Of a DNA stretch of 64,000 nucleotides, positions 1 to 10,060 are shown one piece after another (positions within the stretch are counted from its first letter, which is position 1; each line of letters opens with the position of its first letter). Position numbers and translations under genes: made by a program. The notes under the pieces were generated by a model. That model had not been told where the DNA came from. It made no database searches and was given only the letters and a program-made list of their open reading frames with translations. Where the stretch lies: contig CM059431.1 in the NCBI GenBank assembly GCA_030390025.1, positions 95,668,001-95,732,000 of the forward strand. The letters are read 5' to 3'. The stretch is from Squalus acanthias (taxonomy: Eukaryota).

Positions 1-169
1 AGAGGAATGTTGCATGAATGTGTTAATTGTTGGTGGAATTTCACAGCCTCAATGCTATTGCTGAACCAAGTCGCAAATGCTCAAAATTTAGATTCGCTGA
101 GGCAGTTTGGTCGACTTATATGGAGGTACCTGAAAAGAGCACAGTATTCAAACTCGCCAGCCTAAGTAG

Positions 170-708
170 GTGTGCAGTTCTGGTCACCACATTACAGGAA
201 AGATGTGATTGCACTAGAGAGGGTACAGAGGAGATTTACAAGGATGTTGCCGGGAGTAGAGAATCTTAGCTATGAGGAAAGACTGGATAGGTTGGGTTTG
301 TTTTCCTTGGAACAGAGGAGGCTGAGGGGAGACCTTATTGAGGTGTATAAAATTATGAGGGGCATAGATAAAGTGGATAGAAAGGACCTATTTCCCTCAG
401 CAGAGGGGTCAAAAACCAGGGGCACAGATTTAAAGTAATTGGTGGAAGGTTTAGAGGGGATTTGAGGGGAAATTTCTTCACCCAGAGGGTTGTGGGGGTC
501 TGGAACTCACTGCCTGAAAGGGTGGTAGAGGCAGCAACCCTAACCACATTTAAAAAGTACTTGGATGTGCACTTGGGATGCTGTAACCTGCAGGGCTACA
601 GACCAAGAGCTGGGAAGTGGGATTAGGCTGGATAGCTCTTTGTTGGCCGGCGCGGACATGATGGGCCGAAATGGCCTCCTTCCGTGCTGTAACTTTCAAT
701 GAGTCTAT
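170..708 (+). mobile_element. CR1 LINE 3' fragment (ORF2 C-terminus and 3' tail)
   Basis: Translates QFWSPHYRKDVIALERVQRRFTRMLPG...RLRGDLIEVYKIM, typical of CR1 ORF2; ends in a degenerate TCTATGA tail. Confidence 0.9.
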
Positions 709-1161
709 GAGGTTCTTTAGCTGGCTATTGCAAAGACTGCTATTTACAGCCCTTTGAAGGTAGGAAATTACATCTCTCAGAGAGCAATGAAAAGCTAGAA
801 AGACCAAACTCACACATAGGAGTACACAGCAGGGTGATCTGTTCCTCTTTCCTACCAGGAATAATTAATGTCCAGAGGACAGATCATAACATGAGGTCCA
901 TTGTTCAAATCTAGTTACCATCAAGAGCATATCCAAAACCAAAAGCCACAAAGCCCAGAAGTTTGCCAGACTTGTTATCCTGTGGCACTGCTTCCTTTCT
1001 GGTGCCATAAGTTTTTTTGACCAAAGGCAAATGTTACCATATTTTAGTGGTATGGTGATTAAAGTAACAACCGGGTTATCTCATTCAAGGAAAAAGCCTG
1101 AACTTAGTTCACACCTTTGACCATTTTCTATTTCGAACATATTTCTTGGTGTTCACCTTAT

Positions 1162-1836
1162 GGGCTGGATTTTGATACTGGGGCGGGTTGGGGTCGTGTT
1201 ATCCACCCGACTGCAATTGGATGTGGGAGATTGATGCGATTTTCACCTAATTGGGCAATTGAGTTCCAGCATGTGGGAACCCATGACCCAATTAGTGTTT
1301 TCAGTCTGAAAGTCACCTCTGATGATGTCATCATTGCTGCCGCATTGAAGGTCTGCAAAGACTGCCTGGCCTTTGCTGTGAGAGGACCTGGATGCAAAAT
1401 GAGCAGCAGCAGCCCTAAGTCTGCTCCCAGATATTTTTGCACCACCACCACTCCCAGATATGTATCCTCCTCCTCCTCCTCCTACAACATCTCCGTTGTA
1501 ATTGTGGACCTGCAGCTGATAGTCAGCTATTCAAATGTGCTCCCGCCAGGTTTCACATTCGTGGTTCAGAACAGGCGTGCTTTACGTAGAAAAAGGGTTA
1601 AAATCACAAAGGCCTTTCAAAATGGCATTATAGAGGCAATTTAGTGCTTGTTAAGGGCCTTAACAGCCTATCCCGCCTCTTAGAGACGGGACGGAGTCGG
1701 GACCAGCAGACACGATTTAATGAAAATTGCGTGGAGGTGGGATGGAGGCGGGCTTGTGCCCGCCCACCAGTTTTCGCAATTTTAACCACCCACAAGCCTC
1801 CAAACCCACCTCCACGGGTCAATGAAAATCCAGCCC
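1162..1836. mobile_element. Harbinger/PIF-type non-autonomous element (MITE)
   Basis: Perfect 12-bp terminal inverted repeats GGGCTGGATTTT / AAAATCCAGCCC; 3-bp flanks TAT/TTT. Confidence 0.7.
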
Positions 1837-2073
1837 TTTGTGTTTGTTTTACAACACTCCAATCATCTGGCGATTCTTAAAACAATTTGGGGTAGGTGGA
1901 TGTAGCTCGGGAATGCAACACTGCATCTTTTTATTCTACTTATTGACTTAACTAGCAACAAGCTACTTGAAATCCGACAGCACAGCAAATTCAGAATCCT
2001 TCCTGAATGTGGGAAATGGTGATAGTGTTGTATTTATCACCCATTTCTGAGTGACCACTTCAGAAGGCATTAA

Positions 2074-2764
2074 GGGGGTGAAATTGAGTGCCTTTGCAAC
2101 CGGGCGCGGCGCTGACATCGACTCCCGCCATATTCGAAGGGAGTTTTGTGGCGGCGCTACAGCGTTGCGCCCCAATCTCCTTCGCACGGAGATCGTGACG
2201 TCATCGCCGTGTGCATCGCCCCGGTAGCGCCCCGGACCCAAAATTGACTTTCATCCCCTGCAGCAGCGGCGGTCAAAAACACCGACATCTGCAGGAGGTG
2301 TGCATCGGGCAGTGGTTAAAGGCGAGGTGGCTGAGGCAAGTGGAAAAAAAACTTACCTTTCCTGTTGTCGTTTTTTTTGCGGGTTTCTGCCCGCGATCGA
2401 TCAGCCCGGCACTCTGCATGTGTGCCGGGCTGATCACGCAGGATCGTGGCTGCCTTGATTGTCCAGGCAGGTACTTTTTAAATTGCAGAGCCTGCAGCAA
2501 TGGGCCTTATGCTTAAGGGTGGGAAGGAGCCTTTGAACGCGGCAGTGTGCACGGCCCTGTGGGCAGCGCTGCTGAAGTCTCTGCCTCGCTCTCTGACATT
2601 AGCGCCCTAAGAAGGAAGTGGAGTGCTTGATTTAGCGCTCCACTTCTCTCTTGGGGCGTTAAAACTCAATTTCGCGGTCACCGCGCTAATTACCGCCAGG
2701 CGCTACAATTAGCGCCCAGGCGATGTTAGCGCCCCAAAATGGTCGATACCGAATTTTCCCCCCC
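2074..2764. mobile_element. Harbinger-type MITE, family A, copy 1
   Basis: TIRs GGGGGTGAAATT / AATTTTCCCCC; exact TAA duplication (2071-2073, 2765-2767); homologous in reverse to 18064-18702 and 39246-39985. Confidence 0.85.
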
Positions 2765-2784
2765 TAAGAATCAATCATGTAGTG

Positions 2785-3017
2785 CAGAACTGAAGTCACA
2801 TATGCCAGACTACGTAAAAGTGAATATTCTATTCCTTGAAAGACATTAGTGAACCACTTGGGTTTTTATGACAATCTGGCAGTTTCCGTGGTCACTTTTT
2901 CCTAATGTTAGCCTATAAATTACGAGATTTATTGAATTCAATTTTATAACTTGCCATGGTGGGATTTGAATTTACATCTTCTGAGATTGCTAGTCTAGTA
3001 CCATAACCATTGCACTT
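2785..3017 (-). mobile_element. Decayed tRNA-derived SINE (SacSINE1/DeuSINE-like)
   Basis: Minus strand has a degenerate tRNA-like head (…TGGTTATGGTACTAGACTAG…TTCAAATCCCACCATGGC). The body motif GACATTAGTGAACCA…GGGTTTTTATGACAATC is recognised from memory of shark SINEs. Confidence 0.5.
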
Positions 3018-3109
3018 CTATACACTACTTACGCATACATAGGGAATTTCGAATACAATGCAGGAATTCTAAACAATTTTTACTCTCATGTTGAGCTACA
3101 AATGTTGTT

Positions 3110-3266
3110 TGGAGAGTTTCTGTCTTGGTACAATAGTGTAAAACGTGTGATAGCAAATCAGCAGCCATTGACTTCAATGGAAATAAAAATCGGGAGAGAT
3201 GTAAAACGGGGTCCCGATTCTCTATTATCTTCTTTACACTTTTGCACAAAGTCAAAATTTACTCCG
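3110..3266. mobile_element. Old short palindromic MITE remnant
   Basis: Imperfect inverted arms (…AATAGTGTAAAA… / …TTTACACTTTTG…) around the palindrome CCATTGACTTCAATGG. Confidence 0.45.
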
Positions 3267-3389
3267 TTGAGTGACCACCCTAAATGAACAGGTGGGCAGC
3301 TTACCTCCATCCATCTGATTTCAGATTTAGTGCAAGGTGGTACTGCGCCTTAAGAGCAAACAATCTTCAGGGTCTTTTTTGAACATAAT

Positions 3390-4091
3390 GTTCCAGATTT
3401 TCCGGGGCCTATGACATAGGCACAGTGTACGCGATCATAAGTGCCCCGCATGTTCCGGGTTTCTACGTGTGATGCGCATGTGTTAAATCCCAGAACTTGC
3501 GATCTGTCAAGTTTCAGCGTCACAGATCGTACGAATCCGCAGGAAATGGACATTCGCTGGCGGAGAGTTGGGCTATTTGCCCAACTACTGCCCAGTGAAT
3601 GCCCACGAAATTCTTACACCTGGCAAAAGGTGGCGTAGGGCCTTCTTTTCCCACATATGAGTTTAAATAAATATTAAAATAACATTTTTTAAATCATTTA
3701 AACATTCAAAAACCTTTAAAATGAGTTGAGGTTATTTTTGGCCCCTTGAAAATTGTTAAATTTATTTTTCAAAAATTTAATTTTTGTTTTAAAAACGTTT
3801 AATTAAATTGTATTTGAATTAATTTTGAACATGTGATGATTTATTTTTAAGTGCTGTGAAATGTGTGTTTTAGGGGATTCCTATAACTTATGGGGATTCC
3901 GTACGTAAATGGAATCTGCATAAGTGATTGGTTGGCCTGGCCCACGTGATCCCAGGGACGCTTGCAGGCGTACGCCTGCAGGCCCAGGACCGCAAGAGTC
4001 CGAAGATACGGAGGCACCAGGTAGGTGTGGAGATTTATTGCGGATCGGAGGCATTTGCCCGCGGGAAGCCTTCGACCGCAATTTCCAGCCC
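3390..4091. mobile_element. Harbinger-type MITE, family B (GC-rich arms, AT-rich core)
   Basis: AAT on both flanks; right TIR AATTTCCAGCCC, degenerate left TIR GTTCCAGATTTT; same architecture as 27508-28251 and 40249-40986. Confidence 0.7.
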
Positions 4092-4118
4092 AATGATTCT
4101 TTTTTAAAACACTAAAGG

Positions 4119-4563
4119 AGGTTGGGCCTATACTCATTGGAGTTTAGAAGAATGAGAGGTGATCTTATTGAAACATATAAGATTCTGAGGGGGCTTGACA
4201 GGGTAGATGCAGGGAGGATGTTTCCCCTCATGGGGAATCTAGAACTAGGGGGCACAGTTTCAGAATAAGGGGTCGCCCATTTAAAATAGAGATGAGGAGG
4301 AATTTCTTCTCTCAGCGGGTCGTGAATCTTTGGAATTCTCTTCCCCAGAGAGCTGTGGAGGCTAGGTCATTGAATATATTTAAGGTGGAGATAGACAGAT
4401 TTTTGAACGATAAGGGAGTCAAGGGTTATGGGGAGCGGGCAGGAAAGTGGCGTTGAGGCCAAGATCAGATCAGCCATGATCTTATTGAATGATGGAGCAG
4501 GCTCGAGGGGCCAAATGGCCTCCTCCAGCTCCTATTTCTTATGTTCTTGTGTTTTTATGTTCT
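4119..4563 (+). mobile_element. CR1 LINE 3' fragment
   Basis: LGLYSLEFRRMRGDLIETYKIL-type coding followed by the CR1 3'UTR and (TTCTTATG)-like tail. Confidence 0.9.
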
Positions 4564-4608
4564 CCCTCATCGACAAAGTAACTCCTGTGGAGCAATGAAT
4601 ACACTCAC

Positions 4609-4675
4609 ATAGCCCTTTTATATTTTATTGTATTACGACAAATATTTCCGAATACTGGTTTCTTTAAAAAAAATC
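4609..4675 (-). CDS. Candidate internal exon of unidentified host gene (phase 1 to 2): (G)FFLKKPVFGNICRNTIKYKRA
   Basis: Minus-strand acceptor ctctcattccttattttttttcag and donor gtgagt; only one of three frames is open; lies in non-repeat sequence. Confidence 0.6.
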
Positions 4676-5545
4676 CTGAAAAAAAATAAGGAATGAGAGC
4701 AGTGAAATGTGAGTGAGTTGCAGACCCATTATACACCAGCTGCTGCAATCCAGTAATCAGACCATGCATAGCCTAGAAGACCAAATAACATGGTTACATG
4801 TTCAAAGGAACTGGGTTTTTGCTGTGTTGTTTAATTTTTGTAAAAAGCCTGATAACCCATTAAATATAGACAGACAACAGCACAAATCATTGACATCCAA
4901 GCAGAGAATAGCACATTCGTATACAGTTTTAAGTTGGTTCACAAGATCACACATGGGGAAAGTCATTCTCACAAGTAATGACAACGAAATGGCAGAAAAA
5001 TGTAATAATTACTTTGCCTCAGTTCTTACCGGGGAGAGGAACAGGGTGGAAATTACATCAGAGAAGAGACTTTAAAAAAAATCAAGACATTTAAAATATA
5101 AAGCTTGAGCACAGAGCTTGGAGACAGAGCTGGGTGAAGGCAATCGGAGTGGATCACAAGCAGAGTGGAGGAATTTGGTAAGAGTAGGAATTAGGTGGAG
5201 AGGAGGAAGGCGGTTGAGACGTCTAACTGAAAAGGAGGAGTGCAGCCACAGACACCAAGGACTCTAAGTTAATAGGCCCGAGAGTGGAGCTGCGGGAGTG
5301 CGAGAGGAGTGGCCAGAGATAAAGGTAGGCCCGAGAGCCCAGAGCCTGGTGGGAGTGCGAGCGTCAGGGAGCGAGGTAAAAAACCCTAAAGTGCCGTCAG
5401 CACAGGGGAAGGAGCTAATTGGAGTAGCTGGTGACTGTTTTTCTTAAAGTCTTCAATTTATTTCTGTTAAATTAGTTAATAATCTATTAAATAGAAATGA
5501 GAAGTCGCACAACACCAGGTTATAGTCCAACAGTTTTATTTGAAA

Positions 5546-5583
5546 TCACAAGCTTTCGGAGCTGCTGCTCCTTCATCAGGCGA
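5546..5583 (-). ncRNA. Minimal type I hammerhead ribozyme motif (left arm copy)
   Basis: Minus strand reads TCGC-CTGATGA-A-GGAGC-AGCA-GCTCC-GAAA-GC-TT-GTGA. Confidence 0.7.
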
Positions 5584-5966
5584 AGTAAAGAAATACAGAA
5601 TCGACAAAGCATATATAGATAGAGAACAATGCATGTGTAACTTACAATGGCAGACGACTATATTTAAATCATCCTGACTGTTTATCTGCCGAGGTGTGAC
5701 AAAAGGCAATCAGGTCAGCCAGGAAGGTAGCTGTCTGTAGTGTTCCAGCTTTTGACACGTTAGACCCCCTGTAACTCCACCTCATTGTCTCAGTTGTATC
5801 TTGCTATGTCTTTGATGTGGTACCTTCCTGGCTGACCTGATTGCCTTTTGTCACAACTCGGCAGATAAACAGTCAGGATGATTTAAATATAGTCGTCTGC
5901 CATTGTAAGTTACACATGCATTGTTCTCTATCTATATATGCTTTGTCGATTCTGTATTTCTTTACT

Positions 5967-6004
5967 TCGCCTGACGAAGGAGCAGCAGCTCCGAAAGCTT
6001 GTGA
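5967..6004 (+). ncRNA. Minimal type I hammerhead ribozyme motif
   Basis: TCGC-CTGACGA-A-GGAGC-AGCA-GCTCC-GAAA-GC-TT-GTGA: CUGANGA and GAAA core boxes, 5-bp stem II, 4-bp stem I, palindromic AAGCTT in place of a full stem III. Confidence 0.75.
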
Positions 6005-6779
6005 TTTCAAATAAAACTGTTGGCCTATAACCTGGTGTTGTGCGACTTCTCATTTTTGTCCACCCCAGTCCAACACCGGCATCTCCGCATCATGACCACT
6101 ATTAAATAGAGGCATGGCAAGGCACCTCAGTCCCGTGGAATGCACATCTTGTGCCATGTGGGAACTCCAGGATGCTTCCCATGTCCTGGACAACCACATG
6201 TGCAGGAAGTGTCGTCAGCTGGAGAAGCTCAAGCTCCAGGTTTTGGAGTTTGAGCAGCAGCTAGCATCACTGCGATGCATCCGCGATACTGAGATCTATG
6301 TGGATAGCATGTTTCAGGAGGTGGTCACCCCGCAGCATAAGAGTGTGCAGGCAGCTAGAGAATGGGTGACCATCAGACAGACAAGAAGGACCAGGCAGGT
6401 AGTGCAGGAGTACCCTGAGTGCATCTCACTCTTTAACCCGTATTTAGTGCTGAATATTGGTGAAGGCGATGGTTCCCCTGGGGAGTGCAGCCAGAGCCAA
6501 TTCCACGGCACCACGGGTGGCTCAGCTGTACTGAATGGGGAGGAGGAAGATCGGGAAAGCAATAGTGATAGGGGATTCGATAGTTAGGGGAACAGACAGG
6601 TGTTTCTGCGGCCGCAGACGTGATTCCAGGATGGTATGTTACCTCCTTGGTGCCAGGGTCAAGGATGTCACTGAGTGGCTGCAGAACATTCTGAGGGGGC
6701 AGGGTGAACAGCCAGAGGTCGTGGTCCCAGAGCAACGATCTGGAGTGATGGAGCCTAGCGCTGATACTGTGGTGTGTAA

Positions 6780-8589
6780 GGGCCTGCAGGAACATACTGT
6801 TCCCTGCTGACGGGAGGAAGAAGCCTGCCAGTGAGCCCAAGAAGGCGTGGCTGGAGATAGCTCAGAAGGTGAGCCACGTATGGTGCTACGCTTCTGGATA
6901 CAGTGCCGAAAGCACTTTAATGAGCTAATGAGTGCAGGAAAGGTGAGTACACGGGCACATTCAACCACATCCTGCTGTGCACATCACACCATCTCCCTCA
7001 CTTTGCCTTCCCAAGCCTAATCCTGCACATCGCTCCTCACACCAACTTACCTTGCAGGTGCACCTATCCCTCTCTGTCTATGCACTTCCTCACATCCCCA
7101 TCGGTCCATCCACCAATGACGCTGACCCTCATCTTAATGCAATGTCACGCCTCTGCCTCATAGTCACCCTCAGCAAATGGTGTCCAGCCATCCGTTCAAC
7201 ACATTCCATTACTCTCACTCATAGGTCTGTTCTTTCCCTCCTTACAGGAGAAGAGAGCACAGAACAGCAAGGACAGGCAGAGAACCAGAGATGGCCCTCC
7301 AGCCATCTGAATACTCACAGCTCCAGAGGAGGATGTGCTGGAGATAACAACAACAACTTATATTTATATAGTGCCTTTAATGTAATAAAACATCCCAAGG
7401 CGCTTCACAGGAGTGTTAGCATAAAAAAACAAAATTTGACACCGATAAGCAGAGTCTCAGCATGGCTGGCCAGCGAAGATGGAGAGATGGGGGTCTCCCA
7501 GCTACCTGGTGACAGAACTAAATATCACACAGCCACATGTCATACAACAGTCACTCATGTTGACTTGATGTCAGCAGCCAGTGAAAGATGATCAAGTGCA
7601 TAATGTTAGCTTAAAACATTCTTACCATGACAGTTCTAATTCATGTCTTTAATCTCCCACAGGCTCATCAAACAAGCCGGAGGAAGTGGTCCAGGAGGAT
7701 GAGGACGCCTCCTCGGAGGAGGTCACACACACTGAGGGTGCACCATCACAGGGTTCATGCAGACCAAGCACCGGGTCAGATACTCACACTTCAGTGGATC
7801 CAGTAAGACAGATAGTTGGGTATTCACCTGGTGTGTCACAAATCACAAGTGAGCAAGAGCTGATGTTGGAGACAGGGACAGTAGTGGAGAGTCTGCATCG
7901 GAGGGTTGGAGCCAGGTGCTGAACCTCAGGGGCCGTCGACGAAGAGGATAATTCTGGAGCATCAGCAACAGATATGTGAGGTACTGGCAGGCTTTCCAGC
8001 AGCACTGCGCTTGCAGAGAGATTGGAGGAGTCCGTCTCAAGCATGAGTGGCATGATGTCGCAGGCCTTTGCGATGATGTCTTTGTTCATGGAAAGAGTGG
8101 CCACCTGCAAGGGGCATCAAACGCGGCAGTCAAACGAGTGCATACAGGCCCTCACCAATGACTTGCACACTCTGAGTGCCACCTCAAATAGGATTGATGA
8201 AACACTAGCCTTGGTTGTTCAGCGCCCCACTGATGTGAAGCCAAGTGCTCTCCAGCTCATTGCTACCAGGGAAGTGTGGGTGGGCCATGAGAGGGAAGAT
8301 GGAGAAAGGGGACATGGAAGTGGGGACGCTGCTCAAACCGCTTCCACTCCTCGCCCACTGCCCCCTTCCTTAGTCAGTGGCCCACATGCAGCCTCATGTC
8401 CCGATGGCTGAGTCTGCCTCTATACAGGTGCAGGTGGAGCAGACTTTGGCGGGGCCCTCCAGAGGACTTCGGTCAAGAACAACTCAGCAGTCAGAGCAGG
8501 GATCTGAGCAGCCTGCCTCTACCTCTGTTGAAGCCACAGGGCTTGCACGACGTAAGAATACCAGAAAAAGGAAGATCAAAGATTTGTAA
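6780..8589 (+). pseudogene. Harbinger Myb/SANT-like DNA-binding protein gene remnant, spliced
   Basis: ADGRKKPASEPKKAWLEIAQKV...WIQCRKHFNELMSAGK then donor GTGAGT (~6943); acceptors ccttacag (~7247) and tcccacag (~7662); basic C-terminus RRKNTRKRKIKDL*. Confidence 0.7.
7348..7443 (-). mobile_element. L2-type LINE/SINE 3' tail fragment inserted in the Harbinger Myb gene
   Basis: AACAACAACTTATATTTATATAGTGCC is the reverse of an L2-type tail; GATAA duplicated at 7343-7347 and 7444-7448. Confidence 0.6.
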
Positions 8590-8879
8590 TTGCACAAGGG
8601 TATGTACATAAGGTGTGCTACAAAGTTTCTGTTTAAATTTTGAGCCACATAAATGTTAATTCTTTGCATCACTTTCCTGCCTGGCCCATTTTTGTGTGCT
8701 GCCTGGCAAGTGGCCTTCTCACTTGTGATGTGTGGTTAGACAAGACATAAATCCAAGCAATGAGTGTCTGTGAAAGAGATGCTTTGTTGATTGCAGGACT
8801 GCTGTGCACTAGGGGTGGCGGAGTGGTGGGTGGGGGAGGTGCAAATGGGTTCATCATGTGGCTGCCAGATGGGTGCACT

Positions 8880-9960
8880 GGTGCTATTATGATGCCATCC
8901 CGGGCATCTCGGGCAGCAATGTGCGCTGCTGTTGGTGCCATGGCCACATGACATTCCTCCTCCTTCTCCTCCGAACAGGCACTGCGCTCTCCTCCATGCT
9001 CCTCCTGCAGCTCAAATCCTCGCTGCTGTGCTCTGTTGTGCAGATTGCAGCACACCACGATTATTCTGGAGACCCTGGCTGGCCAGTTTTGAATGGCGCC
9101 TCCAGATCTGTTTAGGTACCTTCTTCAGCATCCCGACTGCTTGCTCAATGACACATCTCGTCGTCATATGGCTTTGATTGCAGCAGTCTTGGGCCTCATT
9201 GCTTGGGCTCCTCACGGGTGTCAACAGCCATGTTTTTAGTGGGTAGCCCTCGTCTCCAAGCAGGCAGCCGGTAAGTCTGTTTGGAGATGCGATGAGTTCA
9301 GGGAGGGTGGACTTGCGCAGGATGAATGCAACATGGCAGCTCCCTGGAACTCTTGCATACACCTGCATAATGATCTTTTTGTGGCTGCAGACAAGCTGTA
9401 CATTGATGGAGTAGAAGCCCTTATGGTTCACGAACATTCCTGGGTTATCTGGGGTGCCTTGATTGCCACATGTGTGCAGTCGATGACGCCCGGCACCTGT
9501 GGGAAGCCAGCCAGAGTCGCAAACCCGGGCGCCCACTCATTCTGACTGGCTTCATCGGTGGCAAAGTGTACATAATTGCCTGCCCTGGCAAACATGGCAT
9601 CAGTCACCTCTGTGATGCATTTGTGGGCGGCCAACTGTGAAATCCTGCAAATGTCTCCTGCAGATCCCTGGAAGGAACCTGAGGCGAAGAAGTTGAGGGC
9701 AGTGGGCCAGTGGTCACGTTGACAACCACTAGTAAAGCGTGGCCACTGGGCAGCAGGTCTAGTTCCAGCAGGCTACAAACATCTGCCACGACCTGGTGCG
9801 ATAGCCTGAGCCTCCTGAGGCACTGGTGTTCAGACATGTCCTGGAAGCTGCTCCTCTGCCTATAAACCCTGTGTTGCAGGTATTGCTTCCTGTGAGCTGC
9901 TCCTCTGTGCTCATTCCCCCTCTCTTGTGGAGCGGCAGGTCTGTGAGGAGAAGGCTGCTG
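8880..9960 (-). pseudogene. Harbinger DDE transposase (HARBI1-like) pseudogene
   Basis: [55 protein letters not shown] and CCNLHN motifs across frameshifted ORFs. Confidence 0.9.
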
Positions 9961-10060
9961 TGGCGAGTTGGAGCCGGCTTCCCGACGCGCTGTCAATTTC
10001 AGCACTTTTAACCACCCGCTGCTCCTAGACCCACTCGCTCTTTGCAGTAAAAATTCCCCC

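Larger units (their letters stand above)
5496..6098 (+). mobile_element. Non-autonomous Penelope-like element with inverted pseudo-LTRs and ~40-nt tail
   Basis: 235-bp inverted arms (5495-5729 / 5821-6055); tail TTGTCCACCCCAGTCCAACACCGGCATCTCCGCATCATGA; 12-bp TSD CTATTAAATAGA (5484-5495, 6099-6110). Confidence 0.85.
5100..6726 (+). mobile_element. CR1 LINE 5' portion (5'UTR and frameshifted ORF1), interrupted by a Penelope hairpin
   Basis: ORF 6114 has CTSC...CRKC zinc finger plus leucine zipper; the next frame gives AIVIGDSIVRG (SGNH esterase start); homologous to ORF1 at 46318. Confidence 0.85.
6727..10060. mobile_element. Decayed autonomous-type Harbinger/PIF transposon (convergent Myb/SANT and transposase genes; left end lost)
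   Basis: Remnants of both genes are present; right TIR AAAAATTCCCCC ends at 10060. Confidence 0.85.

Noticed and set aside
9012..9634. Domesticated HARBI1 host gene
   Set aside because: Frameshifted, lies within a TIR-bearing element, and has multiple decayed paralogs in the window.
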